A stretch of DNA of 48,867 nucleotides. It comes from an uncultured Clostridia bacterium. Lineage in GTDB: Bacteria; Bacillota; Clostridia; TANB77; CAG-508. The number at the start of each line of letters is the position of its first letter. The first letter of the stretch is position 1. The DNA is taken from positions 1-48,867 of the forward strand of contig CANRKM010000054.1 of assembly GCA_947631225.1 (NCBI GenBank), given 5' to 3'. This document shows positions 18,860 through 29,573 of this stretch, piece by piece. The notes below the pieces were generated by a model. The model saw nothing but the letters and a program-made list of their open reading frames with translations. It searched no databases and was not told the DNA's origin. The position numbers were made by a program, and so were the translations under genes.

Positions 18860-19681
18860 TCATTTTATAAAATATTGGTATATTTCATTTTTGTTTACTT
18901 TCCTATCCTTTGCAATTTTTTTTATAATTTCTTTTTTTTCTATTCCTTGTTTTTCGTAAAAATTATAATGTTCTTCTAAAGACAATTTATTTAAAAAATT
19001 TTCTTTTTGCTTTTTAACAGCTCCCTCAATTAATAAAATCATCTCTCCTTTTAGGTCTTCACTTTTCTCTAATATTTCCTCTATATTTCCTCTTATAAAT
19101 TCTTCATGAATCTTTGTCAATTCCCTTGCTAATACCATATTCCTTGATTCTACTATCTCTTTTAAATCTTTTAATGTATCTTTTATTTTATGTGGAGCTT
19201 CATATATTATAGATGTTTTAGTTTCATTTTTTATTTCTTCTAATTTTTCTTTTCTTAGCTTTTTGTTTAAAGGTAAAAATCCATAAAAAGTAAATTCGGT
19301 TGTATCTAATCCAGAAGCAATTAATGCATTAATTGCTGCACATGCACCTGGTATTGGAATTATTTCTATATTTTCCTCTATTGCTTTTTTCACCATTATT
19401 TCCCCTGGATCAGAAATTCCTGGTGTACCCGCATCTGAAACTATTGCTATATTTTTTCCTTCTTTTAATTTATTTATTAATATATCTTCTTTTTGTTTCT
19501 CATTGTGTCTATGATTACTAATTAACGTTTTTTTTATTTCGAAATGGTTAAGTAATTTCAATGTATTTCTAGTATCCTCAGCTGCAATTAAATCTACTTC
19601 TTTTAAAATATTTAATGCTCTTAAAGTAATGTCTTCTAAATTTCCTATTGGTGTTGCAACTAAATATAATTTTCCATTCAT
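18860..19681 (-). CDS. rsmI: 16S rRNA (cytidine1402-2'-O)-methyltransferase
   Basis: 273 aa with N-terminal LYLVATPIGNLEDITLRAL...AAEDTR and SDAGTPGISDPG (tetrapyrrole-methylase fold, RsmI pattern). Confidence 0.9.
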   Translation of the reverse strand: MNGKLYLVATPIGNLEDITLRALNILKEVDLIAAEDTRNTLKLLNHFEIKKTLISNHRHNEKQKEDILINKLKEGKNIAIVSDAGTPGISDPGEIMVKKAIEENIEIIPIPGACAAINALIASGLDTTEFTFYGFLPLNKKLRKEKLEEIKNETKTSIIYEAPHKIKDTLKDLKEIVESRNMVLARELTKIHEEFIRGNIEEILEKSEDLKGEMILLIEGAVKKQKENFLNKLSLEEHYNFYEKQGIEKKEIIKKIAKDRKVNKNEIYQYFIK

Positions 19682-19803
19682 ATAATTTCCTCCATTATTT
19701 TATATTAATTATTTTAAATTAATTATTTTTATGTTTTTATTTTTTATTATATTTTATACATTCATATTATATAATTTCATTTTATATTTTTTTATGGTAT
19801 TTT

Positions 19804-20547
19804 TTATTTTCTATTATATATTTTTAAAACTTCTTCTGTATAATTTTCTTTTTCATCATAGATATATAAATTATTTTCATATTGTAAAAAAGGCTTTGCA
19901 TTTTTTATGCCTTTTATTAAAATTAAATTGGCATTTTTATTTTTGTTTGGAAAAACGAATCTAATTTTTTTAGGTTCTATTTTTTTATTTCTCATTATAT
20001 TAAAAATATCTACTAATCTATTCGGTCTATGAACCATATAAAACTCACCTAAATCCTTTAATAAATATGTTGCACTTTCTATAAAATCTTCTAAAGATGC
20101 AGTTATTTCATGCTTTGAAATCATTTTGTTTTCATCTACATTTATAATTCCGGAATTTATTTTTTTATATGGTGGATTTGTTATGACAACATCAAAATTT
20201 CCTTTTTTATATTTTTGTTTTAACTCCAAAATATCTAAATTTAAAATCTCTATTCTATCTTCTAAATTATTAAGTTTAACACTCTTTTGTGCCATTTGAG
20301 CAACATCGTTTTGTATTTCTATACCAGTAAATTTTGTTTTTTTTGTTTTACTTGATAATAAAATCGGTAAAATACCTGTACCTGTACCTAAATCAATTAC
20401 ACTTGAACCTGTCTTTATTGTTTTTGCAAAATCCGAAAGAAGAACACTGTCCATCCCAAAACAAAATCCATTTTTATTTTGTATGATTTTTAAATTATTT
20501 ATTTCCAAATCGTCAATTCTTTCGCTTTCTTTTAAAAAAATTTCCAT
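19804..20547 (-). CDS. SAM-dependent methyltransferase, tRNA (adenine-N6) YabB/TrmN6-like
   Basis: 247 aa with the SAM motif DLGTGTGILP and the N6-adenine motif NPPY. It neighbours rsmI, as yabB does in Bacillus. Confidence 0.75.
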   Translation of the reverse strand: MEIFLKESERIDDLEINNLKIIQNKNGFCFGMDSVLLSDFAKTIKTGSSVIDLGTGTGILPILLSSKTKKTKFTGIEIQNDVAQMAQKSVKLNNLEDRIEILNLDILELKQKYKKGNFDVVITNPPYKKINSGIINVDENKMISKHEITASLEDFIESATYLLKDLGEFYMVHRPNRLVDIFNIMRNKKIEPKKIRFVFPNKNKNANLILIKGIKNAKPFLQYENNLYIYDEKENYTEEVLKIYNRK

Positions 20548-20559
20548 AATCTCTTATCA

Positions 20560-20900
20560 CCTTTTCATAATTTTTTTATTGTAATTTTATTATCTTATCT
20601 TTTTATTTTTTAATTTTTAATTTTTTATTTTTATTATTTTTTTCTTTTTATTTTTACTTTTTATTTTTTAAAATTTTTTTCGTTTTTATTTTTACTTCTT
20701 CATTTTCATTTTTTAATTTTTTACTTTTTTATTTTTCTTTTTCTTTTTTATTTTTTTACTTTTATTATTTTTTTATCTTTTATTTTTTAATTTTACTTTT
20801 TTATTTTTCTTTTTTAATTTTATTATTTTTTATCTTTTAATTTTTTCTTTTTATTATTTTTTACTTTTTTATTTTTTATAAATATAATCAATAAATTCAA
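20560..20900. repeat. G-depleted, T-rich degenerate repeat tract in a divergent intergenic region
   Basis: Between 20582 and 20900 I see a single G on the + strand (about 20692). Recurring units include ttttacttttttatttttc and tattattttttatctttta. There is no ORF on either strand. Confidence 0.8.
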
Positions 20901-20937
20901 GTTTTACATATTATATAATAAAAAAGGAGTTTTTTCA

Positions 20938-21135
20938 ATGAATAATTTAATTTTTAGTAATAACAACGAAAACACGTTAGAAAATCGTTCTTTAAATAAT
21001 CCCCCTCATAAAAAAAAATTTGATTTTAAAAAAATGAAAAATAATACTTGTCGTTCATTAAATGAAGTAGAATACTTTTTAAATAATCTCCACAAATTCA
21101 AAAATTATATTAAACTTTATAAAATTTTAAAATAA
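20938..21135 (+). CDS. small hypothetical protein
   Basis: 65 aa with strong RBS AAAGGAG 8 nt before the ATG and no recognisable motif. Confidence 0.5.
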   Translation: MNNLIFSNNNENTLENRSLNNPPHKKKFDFKKMKNNTCRSLNEVEYFLNNLHKFKNYIKLYKILK

Positions 21136-21198
21136 AGTTCTAAAAAGGACAACATAAAAATAATATTTACAAATGAAAAATTAGGAGGATTTATATTT

Positions 21199-21759
21199 AT
21201 GAAAAACAAAAAAATATTTCTTATGCTATTTTTAGTTTTAATTATTATTTTAATAATTTTATTCTTTGTAATAAAAAACTTTAACAGTCAAAATAATTCT
21301 AGTGAAAATGCACCACTTTCAGATTATACACCACAAGAAGAAATAAGTTCTAAACAATTAAGAGAAACTATAGTTACATTGTACTTCATTGATGCAAATA
21401 ACGAATTAAAAAGTGAAGGTAAACTTATTGATTCTTTAGAACTTGCTCATAATCCTTATAAAAAAATAATCGAATTATTATTAGCAGGTCCCGAAAATGA
21501 GAGTCTATTTAAAGTCTTTCCTGAAAACACTAAAATTATTGATGCCAATCTTAATAATAATTGTGTTATACTAAACTTCTCAGAAGAATTATTAAATTTT
21601 GAAAATGATAATCAAAAATATAATATTATAAATAGCATACTAAATACTTTAACTGAATTAAATGAAGTCAATTCTGTCCAAATACTTGTAAATAATTCCC
21701 TTCCTCAAGGATTTGATACAGAATATAACCTAAAAAATCCATTGACAAAGTCTAAATAA
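21199..21759 (+). CDS. GerM (Germane) domain lipoprotein/membrane protein
   Basis: 186 aa with an N-terminal TM/signal and a TLYFIDAN...PYKKIIELLLAGPENES...ILNFSEE pattern, typical of GerMN domains. RBS is AGGAGGA. Confidence 0.7.
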   Translation: MKNKKIFLMLFLVLIIILIILFFVIKNFNSQNNSSENAPLSDYTPQEEISSKQLRETIVTLYFIDANNELKSEGKLIDSLELAHNPYKKIIELLLAGPENESLFKVFPENTKIIDANLNNNCVILNFSEELLNFENDNQKYNIINSILNTLTELNEVNSVQILVNNSLPQGFDTEYNLKNPLTKSK

Positions 21760-21841
21760 TATTGTAGTATAAAAGTATATAGATTTCCTATAATTAGAAG
21801 CAATATAAAATATAAAACATATAATATTTAGAGGTAAAAAA

Positions 21842-23398
21842 ATGATTGTAGAAGAAGAGAAAAAAATAGAAATTGTTGATGATAATACCACTTCTGAAAG
21901 CTCTACAACAACAGACTTTAAACAAATTTCAAATAATTCAATAGCAACACATCCTCATTGGATAAAAGCAATTTGCATATTTATTATACTTTTTTTAATT
22001 TTAGCTTTAATTATTTTAGGTATGTTTATTCTTTATAATTATAAAAATAGAGCTTTTATAACAAATGGTATTTATATAAACAATATAGATATTTCACATC
22101 TAACAAAAGAGGAGGCAAAATTAAAATTAACAAATTATTACAGCGATATATTTGCTAATGACATAACATTAACACACAATGATTACACAACATATATAAA
22201 AACTTCGGAAATTAATCTGTCCGCAGATATTGATTCAGCTGTAGATTATGCATTTGGTTATGGAAAAAATAGTAATATATTTAAAGACAATTTTCAAGTA
22301 TTTAGTGCTATGATAAATGGTGTTAACATTATGCCTAATATTAATTTTGATGAAGAAGCTCTAACAAAAATTCTAAATAATATATCATCTGAACTTCCTG
22401 ATGCTGTTATACAAAGCGGTTATTATATAGAGAATAATAAATTAATTATTACTAAAGGAAGCGATGGATCTGTAATAGATATAGATTCTACAACAAAGAA
22501 AATAAAAGAAAAACTTGCTGATTTATCTTACTTAAATGAAATTATAGAAATCGATGCAATTGCTAAATCTCCTGAAAAAATCGATATAGACAAGATTTAT
22601 AATGAAGTTCATAAAGATGCCAAAGACGCTTACTTTACACCTGACCCTCATGTTGTTTATCCGTCAGAAAATGGTTTAGATTTTAAGATTTCTATTGAAG
22701 AAGCAAAAAACCTTGTTAAAACATCTGAAAAAGAATGCACTATACCATTAAAAGTCGTATATCCCAAAATTACAACTAATATGATTGGAGAAGAAGCTTT
22801 TCCAGATTTGCTTGCAACATATTCAACAAGTTATGCAACTTCTAACACAAATAGAACCACTAATTTAAAACTTGCAGCTCAAAAAATAAATGGTTATGTT
22901 TTGCTTCCAGGAGAAACTTTTTCATATAACAATGTAGTTGGGGAAAGAACAATTTCTGCAGGATATAAAGAAGCTGGAATGTACCAGAATGGTCAAGTTG
23001 TAGATGGTGTTGGGGGCGGTGTTTGTCAAATTTCTACTACTTTATTTAATGCTGTATTATTCTCAAATTTAGAAATTGTTGAACTATATAATCATCAATT
23101 CATTCCATCATATGCTACGGCTGGACGTGATGCAACTGTTGTTTATGGAGTTAAAGATTTTAAATTTAAAAATACAAGAAACTACGCAATTAAATTAACC
23201 TGCTCTGTAGAAAAAGGTCGAGCAACTTTTAATATTAGAGGAGTTAAACAAGATAATGAATATGAAGTAAATGTTTATGCAAATGTAACAAGTAAAACAT
23301 CTTCATATATAAAATCTGTAACATATCGTACTCTAAAACAAAATGGCAAAACTATAAAAACAGAAAAAATAATGAATGCAACATATAAAACACATTAA
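21842..23398 (+). CDS. VanW family protein
   Basis: 518 aa with an N-terminal TM and the C-terminal VanW core GYKEAGMY...GGGVCQISTTLFNA. Confidence 0.85.
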   Translation: MIVEEEKKIEIVDDNTTSESSTTTDFKQISNNSIATHPHWIKAICIFIILFLILALIILGMFILYNYKNRAFITNGIYINNIDISHLTKEEAKLKLTNYYSDIFANDITLTHNDYTTYIKTSEINLSADIDSAVDYAFGYGKNSNIFKDNFQVFSAMINGVNIMPNINFDEEALTKILNNISSELPDAVIQSGYYIENNKLIITKGSDGSVIDIDSTTKKIKEKLADLSYLNEIIEIDAIAKSPEKIDIDKIYNEVHKDAKDAYFTPDPHVVYPSENGLDFKISIEEAKNLVKTSEKECTIPLKVVYPKITTNMIGEEAFPDLLATYSTSYATSNTNRTTNLKLAAQKINGYVLLPGETFSYNNVVGERTISAGYKEAGMYQNGQVVDGVGGGVCQISTTLFNAVLFSNLEIVELYNHQFIPSYATAGRDATVVYGVKDFKFKNTRNYAIKLTCSVEKGRATFNIRGVKQDNEYEVNVYANVTSKTSSYIKSVTYRTLKQNGKTIKTEKIMNATYKTH

Positions 23399-23400
23399 AA

Positions 23401-23455
23401 GGCATGTTTAAACTATTTGAAATCCTCAAAAATAGTTTAAACATGCCACTTTTTT
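23401..23455 (+). terminator. rho-independent terminator
   Basis: 18-bp perfect stem ggcatgtttaaactattt / aaatagtttaaacatgcc, followed by actttttt. Confidence 0.85.
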
Positions 23456-23525
23456 CATTTGACAAAATCACTAAAATCATATAAAATTAAATAGATTTAA
23501 GAAATTACATAAAGGAGCGTAATCT

Positions 23526-26500
23526 ATGGAACAGAATATTTTACATGTAGGGTTAGATGTAGGCTCTACAACAGTAAAAATTATAGTAATGGATGAAAAT
23601 AAAAATATAATATATAAAGATTATAGAAGGCATTTTTCTGATACCAAAAATACAGTTTGTACGATGTTAAATGAGTTAAATAATATGTATAAAGATTCAA
23701 AATTCACTTTAGCTCTTACGGGTTCAGGAGCTATGTCATCTGCTAAATTTTTAGGTGTAAGCTTTATTCAAGAAGTTGTTGCTTGTAAAAGAGCAGTTGA
23801 AAATTATATTCCTCAAACAGATATTGTTATAGAACTTGGTGGAGAAGATGCAAAAATAATATATTTTGATAAATCTATAGAACAAAGAATGAATGGTACA
23901 TGTGCTGGTGGAACAGGTGCTTTTATTGACCAAATGGCATCTTTGTTACACACAGATACTGCTGGACTAAATGAACTTGCAAAAAATCACAAAATAATTT
24001 ATCCAATAGCTTCTAGATGTGGCGTTTTTGCAAAAACTGATATACAACCTTTAATAAATGAAGGTGCAGCAAAAGAAGATATTGCAGCATCTATTTTTCA
24101 GGCTGTTGTAAATCAAACAATTTCTGGATTAGCATGTGGAAGACCAATTAGAGGAAAAGTGGCCTTTTTAGGTGGACCTCTTACATATCTTTCTGAACTT
24201 AGAACCAGATTTATAGAAACTTTAAATTTAAAAGATGATGAAATAATTGTACCTAATGAAGCTCATCTTTTAGTTGCAACTGGTGCAGCTCTTGATTCCC
24301 TAAAAGAAAAACCTATTTCAAATTATGAATTAGCACAAAAAATTGAGAGTTTACGTTCTTCCAAAGATACAACCTCTAAACCCATAGATCCTTTATTTAT
24401 AAATTATTTAGAATATGAAGATTTTAGAGATAGACATAAAAAGGCTTCTGTAAAAAAACGTAGTCTTTTAAACTATTCTGGAGATTGCTTTTTAGGGATA
24501 GATGCAGGTTCAACAACAACTAAAATTGTTTTAATTGATAATGAAGGCTACCTTTTATATTCATTATATGCAAATAATGAGGGAAATCCACTTCAAAGTG
24601 TAATTAAAATGCTAAAAAACTTATATGATACATTACCAGAAACAGTAAAGTTAAGATATAGTGGTGTAACAGGGTATGGAGAACAATTAATTAAAACTGC
24701 TTTAAATGTCGATATGGGAGAGATTGAAACTATAGCTCACTTCACAGCTGCCAAAAGTTTTGAACCAGATGTAACAAGTATAGTAGATATTGGTGGACAA
24801 GATATGAAATACATCCGTCTAAAAAACGGAGCAATAGATAGTATAATGCTTAATGAAGCTTGTTCATCAGGATGTGGGTCATTTATAGAAACTTTTAGCC
24901 AAAGTTTAAATCTAGAAATATCCGAATTTGTAAAACAGGCAATAGAGGCTAAAAGACCTGTAGATTTAGGTTCAAGATGTACTGTATTTATGAACTCTAA
25001 AATAAAACAAGCACAAAAAGAAGGTTATAGTGTAGGAGATATTTCAAGTGGTCTTTCATATTCTGTAATAAAAAATGCTCTCCAAAAAGTTATGAAAATT
25101 AGAGATTTTAGTACACTTGGAGATAAAATAGTAGTACAAGGTGGAACGTTCTACAATGATGCTGTTTTAAGAGCTTTTGAAAAAATAGTTGGTAAAAATG
25201 TAATAAGGCCAGATATTGCAGGTCTAATGGGTGCATATGGTATGGCTTTACTTGCAAAAGAACAATATGAAACAAATTTAGATATGGAATATTATTCTAC
25301 AATTACTAAAAAAGAAGATTTAGATAAATTAGACATAAAAATAAATCACACAAGATGTAATGGATGTGAAAACCATTGTAAACTTACAATAAATACTTTT
25401 AGCAATGGAAAACGTTACATATCTGGAAATCGTTGTGAAAAAGGTGCTGGAGTAATTTCTGATAAGAAAAAACTTCCTAACTTAGTTAAATATAAATATG
25501 AAAGAATATTTGATTATAAACCAATAGATGCTCAATATGCAACTCGTGGAACTATTGGTATCCCTAGGGTTTTAAATATGTATGAAGATTATCCATTTTG
25601 GTTCACTTTTTTAACTAATTTAGGATTTAGAGTTATAATTTCAGAAAAAAGTACTCGCAAAACCTATGAAAAAGGTATGGAATCAATGCCATCTGAGTCA
25701 GTTTGCTACCCAGCTAAACTTTCTCATGGTCATATTGAAAATTTAATAGAACAAGGAATAAAAACCATTTTTTATCCATGTATGCCATTTTCAAGAAAAG
25801 AATATAAAAAAGCTGACAATAAATATAACTGCCCAATAGTTATATCATATTCAGAGGTTCTTAAAAATAATGTTGAAAATTTAAAAAAAGAAAATATAAA
25901 ATTTATTAATCCATTTTTACCTTTTGATGTACCTAATTTAGTTAAAAAGGTATTAGATCTTGAAGAGTTTAAAGAATATAATTTTACAAAAGAAGAATTA
26001 ATAGATGCTGCAAAAAAAGCTGAAATAGAATATAAAAAATGTAAAAAAGACATACAAGACAAAGGTTTAGAGACAGTTAGGTACCTTAAAGAAAACAATT
26101 TAAAAGGAATAGTTTTAGCAGGTCGTCCATATCATATTGATCCAGAAATTAATCATGGAATTGATACTTTAATTACTTCTCTTGGTTTAGCTGTTCTCAC
26201 AGAAGATAGTATTTCAAACCAAGTAGATATTAAAAGACCTATTAGAGTTGTTGACCAATGGACTTTCCATTCAAGATTATATGCAGCTGCAACCTTTGTT
26301 GGACAAAATGATAATTTAGAACTCGTACAATTAAATTCATTTGGTTGTGGTGTAGATGCTGTAACCACTGATCAAGTTGAGGAAATTTTAAAAAGCTATA
26401 ATAAAATGTACACTTTAATAAAAATAGATGAAGTAAACAATTTAGGTGCTGTAAAAATACGTATTCGTTCACTTATTGCAAGTATGAAAAAGCGTAATCA

Positions 26501-27839
26501 AGAAAAATTAGATGGTCATTATGAAATTAATAAAAAAATCTTTACAAAAGATATGAGAAAAAATTATACCATATTAGTCCCAATGATGATTCCAATTCAC
26601 TTTGAGTTAATTGAGCCAGCCGTAAGGGCTTGTGGATATAATGTGGTCCTTTTAAGAGATTGCACTCAAAAAACTGTTGAAACAGGACTAAAATATGTTA
26701 ATAATGATGCATGTTATCCTTCAATACTTGTAACAGGACAAATGATTGAAGCTCTGGAGTCTGGAAAATATGATGTAAATAAAACTGCTTTAATTATGTC
26801 TCAAACAGGTGGTGGTTGTAGAGCAACTAACTATATAGGATTTATTCGTAAAGCTTTAAAAGATGCTGGTTTTGAACAAGTTCCTGTCATTTCTTTAAAT
26901 GTTGCTGGTCTTGAAAAAATGCCTGGATTTAAACTTACACCAAAACTTATAGATAAACTTATAAAAGCTGTACTTCTAGGAGATTTACTACAAAAAATGT
27001 TACATAAAAATCGTGCATACGAAATTAATAAGGGAGAAACTGATAAATTATTTAATATATGGATGGAAAAATCTAAAAAATTACTTGAAAATTGTACAAA
27101 TAAAGAATTTAAACAAGCAATTTTTGACATGGTAGAGGATTTTGAGAAAATAGAATTAGATTTATCTAAAGAAAAACCCAAAGTTGGGCTTGTTGGCGAA
27201 ATTTTAATTAAATATCATCCATTTGGAAATAATTATGTTGTAGATTTATTAGAAAAAGAAGGAGCAGAAGTTGTTTTACCTGATTTTATGGGATTTATTA
27301 AATATATGGCAACTAACAAAATTACATTTAATACTTTATTAAACACAAATAAAATATCTGCTACACTTAGTAAAGTTGCTTTAAACTTAATTAATTTAAT
27401 GGAAAAAGATACAAAAGAAGCACTTTCTAAATCTAAGAAAAATTATTTGCCACCATCTGATATTTATCATTTAGAGCAAAACGTAAAAGATATTTTATCT
27501 ATTGGAAATCAAACAGGAGAGGGTTGGTTTTTAACTGCTGAAATGATTGAATACATTGAACATGATATTCCAAATATTGTTTGTGTTCAACCATTTGCAT
27601 GTTTGCCAAATCATGTTGTAGGAAAAGGTGTAATAAAAACAATACGTAGCAAATACCCATCTGCTAATATCACTCCTGTTGACTATGACCCAGGCGCTAG
27701 TGAAACTAACCAAACAAATAGAATTAAACTTTTAATGAGTGTTGCAAAAGATAACCTTAAATTAAAACAAAATGAGAAAAGATATATTGACATTGAGAAT
27801 TTAAAAACAAAAGATGTAATTACTAAAAATAAAGTTTAA
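23526..27839 (+). CDS. acyl-CoA dehydratase activase-related protein (two BadF/BcrA-type ATPase modules plus a large C-terminal domain)
   Basis: 1437 aa with duplicated actin-fold phosphate motifs GLDVGSTTVKI and GIDAGSTTTKI. Each is followed by a cluster-ligand-like CAGGTGAF or CSSGCGSF. Confidence 0.85.
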   Translation: MEQNILHVGLDVGSTTVKIIVMDENKNIIYKDYRRHFSDTKNTVCTMLNELNNMYKDSKFTLALTGSGAMSSAKFLGVSFIQEVVACKRAVENYIPQTDIVIELGGEDAKIIYFDKSIEQRMNGTCAGGTGAFIDQMASLLHTDTAGLNELAKNHKIIYPIASRCGVFAKTDIQPLINEGAAKEDIAASIFQAVVNQTISGLACGRPIRGKVAFLGGPLTYLSELRTRFIETLNLKDDEIIVPNEAHLLVATGAALDSLKEKPISNYELAQKIESLRSSKDTTSKPIDPLFINYLEYEDFRDRHKKASVKKRSLLNYSGDCFLGIDAGSTTTKIVLIDNEGYLLYSLYANNEGNPLQSVIKMLKNLYDTLPETVKLRYSGVTGYGEQLIKTALNVDMGEIETIAHFTAAKSFEPDVTSIVDIGGQDMKYIRLKNGAIDSIMLNEACSSGCGSFIETFSQSLNLEISEFVKQAIEAKRPVDLGSRCTVFMNSKIKQAQKEGYSVGDISSGLSYSVIKNALQKVMKIRDFSTLGDKIVVQGGTFYNDAVLRAFEKIVGKNVIRPDIAGLMGAYGMALLAKEQYETNLDMEYYSTITKKEDLDKLDIKINHTRCNGCENHCKLTINTFSNGKRYISGNRCEKGAGVISDKKKLPNLVKYKYERIFDYKPIDAQYATRGTIGIPRVLNMYEDYPFWFTFLTNLGFRVIISEKSTRKTYEKGMESMPSESVCYPAKLSHGHIENLIEQGIKTIFYPCMPFSRKEYKKADNKYNCPIVISYSEVLKNNVENLKKENIKFINPFLPFDVPNLVKKVLDLEEFKEYNFTKEELIDAAKKAEIEYKKCKKDIQDKGLETVRYLKENNLKGIVLAGRPYHIDPEINHGIDTLITSLGLAVLTEDSISNQVDIKRPIRVVDQWTFHSRLYAAATFVGQNDNLELVQLNSFGCGVDAVTTDQVEEILKSYNKMYTLIKIDEVNNLGAVKIRIRSLIASMKKRNQEKLDGHYEINKKIFTKDMRKNYTILVPMMIPIHFELIEPAVRACGYNVVLLRDCTQKTVETGLKYVNNDACYPSILVTGQMIEALESGKYDVNKTALIMSQTGGGCRATNYIGFIRKALKDAGFEQVPVISLNVAGLEKMPGFKLTPKLIDKLIKAVLLGDLLQKMLHKNRAYEINKGETDKLFNIWMEKSKKLLENCTNKEFKQAIFDMVEDFEKIELDLSKEKPKVGLVGEILIKYHPFGNNYVVDLLEKEGAEVVLPDFMGFIKYMATNKITFNTLLNTNKISATLSKVALNLINLMEKDTKEALSKSKKNYLPPSDIYHLEQNVKDILSIGNQTGEGWFLTAEMIEYIEHDIPNIVCVQPFACLPNHVVGKGVIKTIRSKYPSANITPVDYDPGASETNQTNRIKLLMSVAKDNLKLKQNEKRYIDIENLKTKDVITKNKV

Positions 27840-27876
27840 AATATTTATAATAATAACCTCAATATAAGCATATGCT

Positions 27877-29001
27877 TTATACTGAGGTTTTATTTTTTAA
27901 AGCTCTTATCAATAGCCAGGCTGAAAATATAAATATAATAACTGTTGCTATTACTATAACTAATGAATATAGCGAAAAAGCACTTACTAATGTTGGATTA
28001 ATTCCTATTAAAAGGTAAAATATTAATGCTATTGCAGGTTTTATAAAAATCATATATAGATACAATATTAACGCTTTTTTTAATATCCCTCTCGATCCTG
28101 ATATCCTGTACAGTGCATTAATAATTAGTAAAATTGGCGATATTATGGTCAAACCAGCAATTACAAACATTCTAACTATAAATAATCCTTTTACAAAGTA
28201 TTTAAATGCTGTAATAAATAAACCACTTATTATATTAATTATGTTTTTTAGAGGTGCTTTTGTCCATTTATATTGCGTTTTGAACATTAACATTCCTTCT
28301 ATATTTGTTTTAAAGTAATAATTTTTATTTGGATTAGTATCTCCTTTAGAATTTTTTACATAAATAACATAATTATATTTTTCATCTGCCCAATCATTTA
28401 CATCTGTAAGATCTACAATAGCTGAAGATAAAGAAATTAATAAATTAATAATTAGTACAAGAGAAGGTAATAATAAAACAAGTGTTATCCATTGTTCAAT
28501 AAATATTTTTTCACGTAATCTTCCTTCATAGTTGCTATTATTTCTTCTACTAAAAAAGTTATTCAAGGGCAACACATCATTTTGGAATACACTTGATATT
28601 ACGGTTACTACAGCAAAATATATTAAAATTGTAAGCAATAATGCTGCACCTATATACATAAATATATGAAATACATTTCTTATTGTTTGGCTTATAGTTA
28701 ACCAGGTACTATTAGTATTATTTGAATTTACTTTGAAAAAATCAATATCTAATAATCCATCTTCAACATATAATACACTTTCTACTGAATTTTTTATATA
28801 CGGAAATTGTATATCACTTTTCAAATCCTCTGAATCAATTAATATATCGTATTCAGATGGTTCACCGGCTTCTTCAACTGTTTTAAATTCTATAGCTTCT
28901 TTTACTTCATCAATAGTATATGAATAGACGTGGCTATTTATTTGGCATATAGCCAAAAATGTACATATACTAATTATAAATATTTTTACTACTTTTTTCA
29001 A
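27877..29001 (-). CDS. T4SS-like operon gene 15: polytopic membrane protein, short paralogue of the two VirB6-like proteins
   Basis: 374 aa with a signal peptide and at least 5 TM helices. It shares LLDIDFF, W..I..TIRNVFHIFMYIG, FKTNIEGML and LFIVRMFVIAGLTIISPI with the 573- and 559-aa proteins. TTG start follows AAGGGGG. Confidence 0.6.
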   Translation of the reverse strand: MKKVVKIFIISICTFLAICQINSHVYSYTIDEVKEAIEFKTVEEAGEPSEYDILIDSEDLKSDIQFPYIKNSVESVLYVEDGLLDIDFFKVNSNNTNSTWLTISQTIRNVFHIFMYIGAALLLTILIYFAVVTVISSVFQNDVLPLNNFFSRRNNSNYEGRLREKIFIEQWITLVLLLPSLVLIINLLISLSSAIVDLTDVNDWADEKYNYVIYVKNSKGDTNPNKNYYFKTNIEGMLMFKTQYKWTKAPLKNIINIISGLFITAFKYFVKGLFIVRMFVIAGLTIISPILLIINALYRISGSRGILKKALILYLYMIFIKPAIALIFYLLIGINPTLVSAFSLYSLVIVIATVIIFIFSAWLLIRALKNKTSV

Positions 29002-29020
29002 AAACTATATGCCCCCTTTT

Positions 29021-29560
29021 TTACAATCTAGCACCAAATGATATATTGTGATTTTCTAAATTAATTGTTACATCTATATTGGTTTGTTTTTCGTTATTTA
29101 ATGTATATAAAATCCACGCACAATGGTCTTCTTCTAATACTTCAAGTTCTTTGTATGTTGCTATAGACGCATCTATTAAACCATTTAAATAAATAAATTC
29201 TTTAAATTTATTTTTAAATTCATCTATATTATCAATATATTTTAATACTTCACTTGGTATATTATCTATATCAAACTCAAATACATTTAAGTGTTCTCTA
29301 TTATACTGTGCTTTTCCATTTTCTTGTTCATGATAAAATACATAATCACTATTATTGTAATCTATGTTATTTGTATCTTCAACTGTATTCTCGTTTACAT
29401 TTACTTCATTATTATTTAGTTGTTCATTTTGAATCTCATCTTCTATATTATTTTCATTTTTTTTATTTGCCTTAGTTAAATTATTTATAACTAATAGTAT
29501 AGTGAATAAAACTATTATAAAAAAAACTAATAAAAAAACTATTATTTTTTTTACACTCAT
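29021..29560 (-). CDS. T4SS-like operon gene 14: membrane-anchored hypothetical protein
   Basis: 179 aa with an N-terminal TM, an Asn/Glu-rich linker and a globular C-terminus. RBS is GGGAG. Confidence 0.55.
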   Translation of the reverse strand: MSVKKIIVFLLVFFIIVLFTILLVINNLTKANKKNENNIEDEIQNEQLNNNEVNVNENTVEDTNNIDYNNSDYVFYHEQENGKAQYNREHLNVFEFDIDNIPSEVLKYIDNIDEFKNKFKEFIYLNGLIDASIATYKELEVLEEDHCAWILYTLNNEKQTNIDVTINLENHNISFGARL

Positions 29561-29573
29561 AATATTACTCCCA

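Noticed and set aside
19731-19964. A 77-aa + strand ORF, plus the similar ORFs at 15129-15359 and 48023-48205, interpreted as small genes.
   Set aside because: Their Phe/Ile/Leu/Tyr-rich translations are typical of random AT-rich sequence. They overlap the ends of real genes or intergenic promoters and have no RBS.
20560-20900. The T-rich repeat tract interpreted as a CRISPR array or as a coding low-complexity gene.
   Set aside because: There are no regularly spaced identical repeats with unique spacers. Stop codons occur in all frames and there are no cas genes nearby.
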